The notes under the pieces were generated by a model, which was not told the origin of the DNA, did not search any database, and saw nothing but the letters and a program-made list of their open reading frames with translations. The position numbers were made by a program, and so were the translations under genes. Positions 50,901 through 62,000 of a DNA stretch of 64,000 bases are shown in pieces (within the stretch, counting starts at the first letter, position 1; each line of letters begins with the position of its first letter). The DNA comes from Catajapyx aquilonaris. Taxonomy: Eukaryota. Location: the NCBI GenBank assembly GCA_000934665.2, contig KZ538494.1, positions 62,001 to 126,000 of the forward strand. Reading direction: 5' to 3'.

Positions 50901-53900
50901 GTCCTAGCAATTAGTCAGGAAATTCACTCTGTCTGTCTGTCTGTGTAGATTACATAGGATTTTCAAAATATAGGCTATACCTGGAAAGAGGTCGAATTAT
51001 CCAAAACTTTACGCATAACAATAACGTTACTCCAAAAATGCGAATTAGACGTTCAAAATTAGAGTTCCGTGATGCGGGTGACTTTAATGCGGCCAGCTAA
51101 TAATGCAAACTCATCCAGCCCAAAGTAGACTTCTCTGTTCGACTAGCTCTCAGTACTATAACGTAATTAACCTAAAAGCTCTCATGTCCTTTTTTTCTCT
51201 CTCCCTGCGTTTTCTGATGAAACAAAACTCAGTTCACACCCCTCGAACTCGCAATGCCACTCCTGGGCGCCATCAATCCCTGTAGCATGACAAAATAATA
51301 AACCGAGGCTGGAAATAAGAAGAATATCTGCTGTAGTGTGCCGCACAAACCTTGACCTCTTGACCACGTGTAATCTTGGGTAGATGAAAGTGGCTAATTA
51401 CTCCTCCCTAGCTGCTTGCCCCCCACAGTTAGTGCGTGCTGCACCTCGTTAAGAGCTACTCACGCACGTTTCTGCCTCTTTTTTTTACCATCTCTCCAGT
51501 GAAATTTGCAGCAAGTCCCGCGAAATCACTATATTCAAGTTTGGACGTCGAGAACGGCGCGTTCTAAATTACCATTAGATTAGGTCCTGGCTGTGAAAGT
51601 TGGCGAATTTCGAGCACAGTGGCATAAAGCAGTAACACGGCCAACGAGTGCCTCTAGTCCATACTAGCACCACGAGAAATGTAGATTTCTGTAACATCGG
51701 CCCAGGAAAATCACAGTCCAGATTATGGCCAAGCTGAAGAGCCTTTATGATTATCATATCCAATGCACAAAGGAAGTTTTTTTTCATATTAGTGTACAAT
51801 GTGGTACCATGGTGATTTGCCGACACAAATCGAGTTTAGCTTCCATGGTCGAATTTAAAATTTTATGCGTAACGCCATGGCATAATCAAATCCTGGATCA
51901 TTCAAAAGTACCCAAGCGTAAAGTTCACGTCAAAAAATTGAAAACAAATCTGACGCGAACATTTACCCAGTTGTGTGCCTCTTGTCTGATAGACTATTTA
52001 AAAATTCTCTATGCCAGGCAATTACATTCGGTGCACTGTACAGCGCCCGCCGATGATAGTGATTGATAGATAGGTAATTAAAGTGTGGCACTTCTTATAT
52101 GAGTTACAGGACACGTACATAATTTAATAGACTCGTCAATGAAGCTTTCGAAGTGATTCCCGGTCCCCCATGATATTACAGATTCTTAATTCACATTTAC
52201 GCTAATGTAATTACCCTTTGGTGTTGATTCAACCAAACACAAACATTCTGTCCATTTCGCCCATCAACTTTGATGTGGTCTGGCACGATTTTGTCCCCAT
52301 CACAAGCGGCTATCCTGACAACGCAGCGGCCATTTTGGTTCATCCAATGGCGCCAGATGGTTTGGCCAGATAGAGTAGTGAGCCAGGCAACATCTCTCGC
52401 CCCCAATTCCGCTAAAGATGCAAACGCAAGCTCTCCTATTTTTACCTCCACCGTTAGCTTCCTCGGAAGGAGCGGATCAATTGATATAACATCGTCCCGC
52501 GGAATCGACTCCAGCGAGAATTATCCCATCTCGCTCCAATTATCTCTCAGTCATAAAAGCCAGCTTTCTCCGACCAGTATGCCCAGGATCCGACCGACTG
52601 CAGATAAGCTTATGTATGGCAAGCACATTAGTCTTGTCGTCTGTCCGAATGTCCGTCCAAAAGCGAATAATTATCATTCCTTCCCGAGTGATTTATCCTT
52701 CCTTCAGCGACTCCATCCCAACGTAATTGGCCGGCAAGATTGACTTGTAAAACGCCACTCATCAATTTATTTCCCACCAGATTGCGCTTCCTGACACCTT
52801 CATTTGCACCTTGCCCCTATCCCCTACCCAGCTTCTATTGTAGTCCGTCCAGAGAAATTAAAAAAACCGGTCCAACGTCATTTCATTGCGCGTGCCACAA
52901 TCGGCGACCAAATTGGTCGATTGGGTTTGTCCCACCGCTAAACCAAGTTTACATATGAACGGTCTCATCCCTCACACTGGATAGTTCAATGCGTTAATTT
53001 TTTCCTCGTCAGCTGCGTAATATGAAACATACAATAACCTGACCCCAAAAAAAGGCTCCGGATGCCGCAATTTATTCTGCCAAATGGACTATGCGACGTG
53101 CCGGTACTGCCTGACCGCATTGTCATTTGTTCAAAAAATAAATAACCAGTCATCTGCTTCTGCCCCTTGCTTTCAACAGGAAAGGCACATGGGTTGCCTA
53201 TCCGACAGGATGAACCGAGTTCATCGGCTACAGTATTTACTTCAAAAGTTGAACGTAGCAGCAAACTTGCCGTTTTGGGCTACGAGCCGTATCTAGAAGT
53301 GAATTTCAAGCAGATGGAGAATCCAGTGAGCGGATTGTGACTGCGCAAAGAAAAAGTGGAGTGGAATAGAAGGGAGTTTTGGGGCGCGATAAGAAAGGTG
53401 GGCCTCAGCGAGTGATGGATCGTGGGAGGAATTTGCGCTCCCCACCCTCTCCACCCCCTTGCAAAAAGAAAGGGAAAGGAAGAGGAGGAAGGGGGGGGGG
53501 GTGCTTTTCCCCCATTTGACTTGCAGCGGCCATCAGTCAGACCGGGCGCCGGCTTGCCTTGACGCCCTGCCTGCCTGCCATCCCTCACCCACATATCCAT
53601 CCCCCTCCACCCTTTTCATTCCAAGACAATCGGAGCGGCAAACAGCCGACTCGTGTCAACACGCTAATCCAGTTAGCTTGCTGCCCCGGATCAACGCCCA
53701 AACCCTTTCAGCCTCATTCTCCCCCCCGCTATTTCCGGACCTCATTGTGCGCGCAACCCCCCACCCCCTTCCAGCACGCCCTATTTTTTAACCTTCCCAC
53801 ACCCAACTTGCCTACCGGTACCCGCAGGCTGAATTCTACCTATCTACCTACCATTGCATTGTATGGTTTCATTTCCACTTTTAACCTCAAAGTACACAAA

Positions 53901-56900
53901 AAAATGCCATTCCCGGCCTCATTCCCAAAACTTGTTTCAGCGCGTTTCAGCCAAGCGCGGGTATAAATATGTATTTCCCTTTAGACTGCAGACAAAGGGA
54001 GGATTGGGTTCCTAACTCTCACTTGGTAGGCTGCAGACGCTTGCCTACAGTGCACTTTCACCATTTTTTTTTCCTTCTCCTATACCCTTGCCTAGTTTAT
54101 GTTCGGTCGCACTTTAAACTCCATACAACTTGCTTTCCCTTTTCTTTAAAATAAAATAGTCTACAGTCTCAATTGTCCGAACTTATTAAAAATTTCATTC
54201 CGGTGCAACACCCACTTTGATATAAGCACGTGTAAACAGTTACAGTCCATTCCTGCGTGGCCCAGATACTGCGTGGCTCAAGTATGGTAAAGGTCGGTAA
54301 CCGCACACAATATTAGTTTGCCCTTCAGCACTATGCATAAAGTTGAGCATTGTCGGCATAGCCCAGTTCCTACTCCAGAACAAATGTCGATGTTCATAAA
54401 CAAGTTACTTTCCTAACTGGATTGGGGGTAGTACAGCACTCTGGGGATGCTCCAAACTTTCCTACAGCAGTTTCCATACCGACTGCGTAACTAAGCAGCT
54501 ACGTTCTCTCAGTCGACTGGGGAAGGCGCGAGAGTTTTTATTTCTGCACTGAAAGCTTAAAATTCTGTACTATCAATAGGACCAGTATTACAGTGCACTC
54601 GGGCGAGCAAATCTAAGCTGACCATTGGCGTGCCATACAGACATAAATTGCGATGCTAAAACTCTTCTCGCAAGCAGCATTCCTCAGAGAACTGGTAAGA
54701 GCACCGCCCCCCAAAAACTGTAAACTCCCGCGATACGCAGGCAATAAACACGCTTTTAGATGCGGCAAAAGGAAGCCTTAACCTCCCCATAGTAATTCCG
54801 CCAAAGTCAACACCTTCATTTGGCGAAAGTTGTCTGCTCAAGTGCAGAGGTTGCTAGCTGGCATAATGCAATCAAGGCCTCGACGCAGCTTCCCGCATTG
54901 TGTACGGCGACGAAAACCCGACACAAGGACTTGATGACTAGGAATCCAAGTTTCCCACTTGATGCGCTAGTACATTATTTAACAGACTACGCTTCTTCAC
55001 TTAGTCTCTTATTCCGTCGCCTGACTTTGCTGGCTGCTGCTCGAAATCAATTGCACGTGTCGGAACCTGAAGTATATCAGGGCAAAATGTGACCAGGAGA
55101 GCAGTTTGGGGAACCGGGCATATAATACCAAGCCATACTGCCTGCCTTGCTGTTCCTCTCTAAACATAGTAGAAAAGTTGCCTCCATCTTTTATTCACGG
55201 CCGATCTAGCGCAAAGCGCGCCATCCATCCCCTTGTTCCCCCTGCTCTCCCAGGCTGGACTACCCGAGCTAGCTTCTAACGACACCCCCAATGCTATAAC
55301 AGAATCCCTGCAGCACCAGGACTGACCTACTAACCCTCTCCCCAATGCTCTTTGTCCAAAGTTTTAAATCACGACTTCCAGTAAGGCTAAGTCGATGGGT
55401 TAAAGTATTATGCGGGACTAGGAGTTCCGGACTACCCCAATATCTCATTGTATATTCGACCTCTCAGCCGTGTTTCAAGTAACATTTATCACAAGTTACA
55501 TCGATTGTATGTGCGATACTTATTCCCAAATTTCCAACTTAGCTATTATTTTATTTTTTAAATTTTTTAAAAGGAAAAACGCTTTTCATCCCACTAATGA
55601 TATGGCAAACTAAAGGTATGTGTATCCTTTCTTAATGAGAAATCAAGCACTACTATACAGTAACGCTGAAGTACTCTCTGAATTAAGCCCACTTCTTCCG
55701 CCTGGCTGAAATCGCTCGAACACTTCCACGTTTTCCAACTTTTAAAGAGAACTTGTGCTGAGGAAAGAAAGAAAAAACAAAGCGCGTAAACAGCATCGTT
55801 TTTATCACGAGCTAAGTATCTTTTAACGTCGGGACGCTTGTTTGCCAGTTTACCGCAGAGATAAGTGGAAGGAGTCGTCGAGTAATTGCTGTTAATTGTG
55901 TAGTGGCAATGAAAGGAAGAGTTTAGAGCACGTTTACTTGCACTTTAAATTGTATTGGGATTTACGCTTTACGGCACTAATTACACCTTTGCCATCAACA
56001 GCGATTTTGGGGACAATTTCAAAGTGCATTTGACGTCATGGCGCTTCCCCTACTATCCAAGAGCCTCTATTTGAGCAGGGGCGTGGAAAGGGTTGGAACC
56101 AACGTCACGCTCTTGCACCAGAGAAGTCTTAAAGCGCATTACTCAACTTTGGCTACTACAAGCATGTTTTTTTTTTCTTCTTCTCCTTCTGTGGTTATAA
56201 AGGTTGGGGGGGGGGGGGGGNGATTGACTCCAGAAATCGATTCCTCCATCCCCCTACCTCTTCCCCCAACCCTCACTCAAAAGTGCTTCCTGCACGCATG
56301 ACCATTTCAATCCCACCTCTACTGGGAAATATCCTGATCAATTTTGGCCACAGCCAGCCTTTACAGCTCCCACTGGCAGGAGATGGAGCTCTTGATCAAT
56401 TTATGGCACGAGGAGAGGGAGTTCTTGAAAACGCGGATAGGGCAACGGGGAGAAACGCAGGTGTCATCTACCAGTACTCTATTAAAAATGATGACCGGTA
56501 CTGTTGCCGGTAATGGAACACACACATAAACAGGGGACGTGTTGACATAGGGCGTGTTGACGTTGGTGGGTCGGAATTCCGCGGATTCCACGCCCACATT
56601 TTGCCCCTCGTGCAGGGCCACACATCATGCCTATGGCGGACAACGTCAGCCGGGGCACTCCTGCTAGGACCAAAATTCCGGATCCCAATTTGCGCTGCCG
56701 GGCCTTATGGAACCAATTGAAACCCCCGGTCTGCTGGCCACCCTGCCGCGCGCATTCCCACGCCTAACACAGACGGGTTTATGCACACCGATCTGTTTGG
56801 GAACGATCCAGTTAAACCAACTGCAGCGTCACTTACAACGGTAACAAAATGCTTCATTCGGCGCATTCGGCCCCGTTGGGATGCACTGAAACCTCAAGAT

Positions 56901-57898
56901 GAATCCGATTCACGCGGCTCCAAATAATTGCCAATTATTTCCAATCTGCCAGCTTCGGTGATACATGCAACCACTAAAAGAATTACCACATCTGAACTGC
57001 ACTGTGTAACGAGACTGCAACAAAATGGGTAGCTTTCCCATCGAGAGAACATCGCCCCTATATATTTATTTCAGCAAACTTCCGCCATAAAACCGCTAGC
57101 ATCAATGTAAAATTCACCATCATGATCAGTGCATATTGAAATAATCATCTAGCGCATTTCACAGTCGCTGTTTGTAAACGCCACGAATAATTGATGTAAC
57201 ACTTTATAAGCCAAATTTCATTTTAAAGTGGTTACGGACTGCCAGAATCACAAATATTTGGCTTTTCACCGACATTCACATTAAAACAAGCGAGAGACAC
57301 TATTGGCAGACATTCTCATATAATATTAATAGCTTGCAATTGCACGTGATACAGGATGTAATATATAGCGACAGCCAGGGGCCAGTCTCAACTTCTAAAC
57401 ACTACTAAACGCGTTTTCAGTTAGCAAGTGTAGGTGGATTAATTAGTCGCACATCTATTTAACATATTTTTAATTAGATTTCGCGCTGATCGCACAATTT
57501 CCCAAATGCGACACACGTTTCGCGCGTACATTTCCCCCCAAAATACGTCTACGAAATTATGGGTTAACGCGTTCTTTATGACGCATAATCAAGAGGTGTC
57601 ATGTACACACCAAAAAAATGCAATTACCCCGATGCATTAACATTCCACACTATCACCACTACACATGTCACGGCTTGGGGAGGGGGGTTGAACCGTGGTA
57701 GTAAAAATGGCGTCCACGTAGGTCTGAATCAATCCATTCAAGAAATCGGGCGCAAGATTGAGTGACAGGATAGAATATCGCTCCGTGGGCTGGAGTGGAT
57801 TGAGCTATGAGCGCAGGTTGCACTGGCAGCTCAACTCCGGGTGTGCCCAGCAACTAGAAACAAAGCACATTGAGAACAATGGACAAAACTGGTCTTAC

Positions 57899-57995
57899 CT
57901 TGCGCGTGCGAGAATCCGGGGCATAGCAGGAGTAGGAGGAGGAAGAGGCTGGCGGCGGCGGCGGCCCCGGGGCGGGACCAGGGGCTGGGCCTCAT
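57899..57995 (-). CDS. Lar: LAR-family receptor tyrosine phosphatase, first coding exon (signal peptide MRPSPWSRPGAAAAASLFLLLLLLCPGFSHAQ)
   Basis: ATG at 57995 in good context (GGCAGGATGA, A at -3). 32 codons + 1 nt encode a basic n-region, hydrophobic core (SLFLLLLLL) and S-H-A cleavage motif. Ends in consensus donor CAAG|GTAAGA, phase 1, matching the phase-1 acceptor of the Ig1 exon (G+AT = Asp). Confidence 0.85.
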
Positions 57996-58007
57996 CCTGC
58001 CCTTCAC
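57996..58007 (-). other. Lar: 5' UTR portion of first coding exon, preceded by a probable splice acceptor (implies an upstream non-coding exon)
   Basis: Minus strand reads TTAGTGTGTTTCCACCTTGTGGCTGGCAG|GTGAAGGGCAGG-ATG; the CAG is at 58010-58008, leaving 12 nt before the ATG. Confidence 0.5.
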
Positions 58008-58529
58008 CTGCCAGCCACAAGGTGGAAACACACTAATAATGCTATCAACACAAATGGGCTACCTGGCGATGGCCTCCTCGCTCCATTCTTCCATCATGTT
58101 AAAAAAATATGCCGACTTATTGCGTTTCCCCCCCACACTGGAGATTGGTTCGGATATCACCACACTCGATGCATGTCGCACCCTTAAACCATGGCTGGCT
58201 TTCAAATAGGGGCCACCAATTATAATTATTTAATACTTCTAAGGCGGCTGGGTATACACGCTGTCGCCTGATTTCATAACGGTCGTCCCTGCCAGAATAT
58301 GCTCACAGCTCCTGGTACTGGCTTGCAGGCACACGTGGTTCCATGAACCGCACATCCAGAGTCACGTATGGCACACACCCGACACCATGCACTTCCTCCC
58401 AACTTGTGTTGCACTTCAGCCCTTTCCCTCCCAGCCCCCCTTTTCTCCCTTCTTTTTTCTCTCTTTTTTTTCCACGGCTCCCTTTGCAGCGAGGGGATTT
58501 TTGTGACTGGGCCTAAAAGCGTGGTGGGA

Positions 58530-59050
58530 AAATGAGAGGCGCTAAGCCGGCAGAAGTGCGGGGCCAAGTCTCATTTCGGCGTCTAATCCGGACTTATTCG
58601 GGGCGGCAGGATATTGGCGCTCCGGAGAGAAGGATGGGCGCCACTTCTTCCTTCTTCTTCGTTTTCACCCCCCGCCCGCCCCCACCCCAGCACCCCTTGC
58701 CCACCCCCACCGCCCCCTTCTCCAATCAATGGTGTCTTCCCCGGGGGCGATCCTGCCAGCGTCTGGAGCACCCCTTGTTGTCTGCACTCACTCACTCACG
58801 CACGCACTCACATGCACAGAGAGCGGCGCCCCGAGCGCAACTCGGCCGCGGTCTCCTCCAGAGTACCTGAATCTACCCTCCCCCTCCCCTCCTCCCCTCC
58901 TATCCGGAGCCACGTGACCTCCCTGGCCCTATTCCAGCGTCCCTATTGGTTGGAGCCTCCGACGCTACCGACGCCCGCTCTTAAAGGATGCCTCCACAGG
59001 CATACACACCACCATATATCCACCCCACGCCGCTTCCTTCGCAACACACA
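58530..59050 (-). promoter_or_regulatory. GC/CpG-rich putative promoter and non-coding first exon region of Lar
   Basis: High GC and CpG density 0.5-1 kb upstream of the ATG. Minus-strand CCAAT at 58945-58949, E-box GTCACGTG at 58911-58918, G-rich GGAGGGGAGG tract at 58876-58900, GC-box/CACCC-rich tract at 58666-58720, and four GTGAGT donor motifs at 58786-58811. Confidence 0.6.
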
Positions 59051-62000
59051 CAACTCTCTCGCCTAATGCATCCGTGGTGAGTACACGCACTTTCTCTGCA
59101 CAAGGGTTGCTATACCCCCCCTTTGCTAACTTATTTATATCTACGCCCGGGTTTGCATCCAAAGCTTGCAAGCTCATGTTTACCCATCTCAGCAGGTCAT
59201 TGGGCATGTTAGTTGCACTTACTCCTGGTTCACTAATAATATTCAAACCACATCGGGGTTGCCAGGCTGTTGTTCGTGAAAATAAAATTTTGGAGACAGA
59301 ACAATGCAAGACGTGAATGAGTGGCGACATAAGTTCGCCCCTGGGAATTAGCTGTGGTTAGCATGCGGCATGGAAGGGTTAATATACTGCATGCCATATT
59401 TCAATCGGGAGTATATCATAAGTAGATAATCATAGCTTGCTATACGGTGATCGAAATATACCAGCTCATTCCCAGAATAGTTCATATTTTGCGAACTGTA
59501 TGGTACGGCATGCCATTTAGAATAATTAGTACAGTACGCTGAGAGTTATTTCGCAGTCGGATTGTTATGAATGGCAGAGAGTGGCACGTGGTTTTAACGC
59601 AGATCACAGAATTTCCTTTAAAGGTTGCGTTGACCTAACAGAAAGGTTACAGGTAGTTCAACTGCATTTGTAACATTTACACATAAAAAGGCAGGCATTG
59701 TGTCCGGCATTCAGGGATTCAAAACAAAATGAAGATTTACTGGAGGTGAGTGAAAGTTTTAAAAGGGGTAACGGCAGTACTTGTATATGCTTCACAGACG
59801 CAATGAGCCTCCTGGTAATAAAGAAGTGTGTTGTACTTTACAGCATACCCATAGGACAGCATACGTATATGATTATACTTTGCATTCATATAACTTGTTA
59901 GGTCAATTATTATATCTTTAGGAATGTTTACTGGCTATAATTATCCAGTGTGTGTAAAAATTATTATTATTCAAAGAGAAATTTAATGCATAAATTATAC
60001 TACACTCCCACAGAAACAATCTAATTAACAAAATGGTACCGCCTATACAAGCCTCACACATGAACAAATATGAAGCGCCAAACAACGTGATTACTATGCT
60101 TGTGACTTTCCTCATCTGATTTGTATGTCATTATCAAAGAGCCAGGCCATAAAATAATACAAATTGTAACAAGTACAAAGTTAGAAAATAACGGGATTTA
60201 TCATCCTAGCACCATGGCAAGCAGAATTCGTTCAAAAATTGACAGCATTATTCTCGTACTAATAATATTCCCGCTATTTTGTAATATCCAACACCGATCA
60301 GTGGCATTCGGGGGGAGGGGGGGGNNGGGGGGGCACCGCCACATAACTACTCACAAAGTTCATGTCACTCATGCGAACACCGAGTACTAGCATCTGTGTG
60401 CTGGTCCGAAAATTTCCCCACGGAAACAGATATACCGCCCGCCTAGGTCCCACTAGATTGTTTCCTTGCCAGCTCCGACATGGTAGTGTCTCATCCACAG
60501 CACCCATGTCATTTTAGCGCTTCTCGCTCCCTCACTTGCCTGTTCACAAAGATATATACTGCGGTGGTCCCAAAAAACGGGAGAGAAAAATAAAACATGA
60601 ATGTGTGATTGGAAGGAAAGTTTCATGCACATGTCACATTTGGTGCTGGTTCCTCCACTGTGCGCTACGGTGAACCGACAAAGGTAAATTTAGAAACCTC
60701 AGGCGAGAGTTAATAATAAATCCGTTTTACCGATGGCAGCAGGATCCCCCGACACCAAGGATACTGCAGTCTCACCACTGCTCACCTGCAATTTTTATTT
60801 CCTTATTTACTCTCAGATTTCGCGAAAAATGTATTTGTGTCTATGTTCGCTTCTCTATCCCGATGCTAAACCAGTGGCTACACATTACGTATATCAAGGG
60901 CAATAATTTCAAACTTCTTGAATTTTACATAGCCTACGTATATGCCCCGTTACGCGTTATAAATATCCATCTCCAACCTACTTAAGTAAGTCCAACCTTA
61001 TTTTAATGTTCTAGCGATGGTCCCATTCTACTTAGGCAAAATAGGTACAACAAAATCAATTTTCCGGAGGATTTGCCCTAAAAGCGAAACAAGGTCAGAG
61101 ACTGGCCATTCCACAAATAAAAATAAGCCATCCTCTGCATATAACGCAGGAGAGCTAAACCACCATTTTCAAAACGATTTCGCATGGGACGCAGGCTGTT
61201 CTTATCTAGGTCACTGCTTTAAAATATATTAATATGCTATTCCCTAACGGAGCCGTACATTCTAAATTATTACAAGTAGCATGCAGTTACTGATCCATAA
61301 TTACCCTACTTTGTTTCGTGAAATTACATAATGCTACTAACAAGTTTTACTCTTAGCCTACATTCTGGGCAATAATCTTCACTGATATAGTGCATATGAT
61401 TTTCACTGCATGATGTAGTTAGCCTCTATTATATGATAAAATAACGTTCTTTCAACACCATGTAGAATAATGTCCTACATGGCCAAGACATACACTTATG
61501 CATTAGGGATCCTCCCGAGCCGTATAGCAAGTAAAAATATGTAAGTACGTTTAGTACGCTGGTCAGAGAAAATAATGCTTATTATCGTATCAGGACAGAC
61601 CTCTTGTTTTTATCTCGTCTACCTATCAAATGCACGCAGACCTAATAAATAAATAAATTCCGTTAATTTATCAGAGGCGTCACTATGTTTTTGTTCCTCA
61701 TGGGACGAGTGAGTTGAGCTGAGGTAAGCAGAGTTGGGAAACTATTCCCAGTTCCATTGAATGGAAAAGCTTTTCTATTTTCGCCATCTCACGCTATCCA
61801 GATTATTTCATTTGCCTTAATGGAACAGTATTGGCCTGGATAATCATCCCCTATTCTTCTAATTTGGGAAGCCAAAAACTGGCTATGCGGCTTCGACGAT
61901 CCGCTCATGTGGCAAGATAATGAGAGGAGGGTATATAGGGCCAGGGGAAAGTCGCGGTGGTGTTGGAAAGGTATGTTTCCTTTTCCCCTGATGAGGTTAG

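Larger units (their letters stand above)
5737..57898 (-). other. Lar: Very long (52,162 bp) phase-1 GT-AG intron between signal-peptide exon and Ig1 exon
   Basis: GTAAGA donor at 57898 and CAG acceptor at 5737 join the two exons in frame. No recognisable coding exon was found between them, but hidden cassette or alternative first exons cannot be excluded. Confidence 0.78.

Noticed and set aside
52197..52743. Long intronic ORFs (157 aa here; also 1974-2444, 12079-12594, 26038-26520, 37706-38173) as nested genes
   Set aside because: No family motifs or codon bias; lengths are expected by chance in GC-richer islands.
54253..54330. tRNA A-box-like GTGGCTCAAGTATGGTAAAG (tRNA or SINE head)
   Set aside because: No B-box (GTTCRA) or cloverleaf follows.
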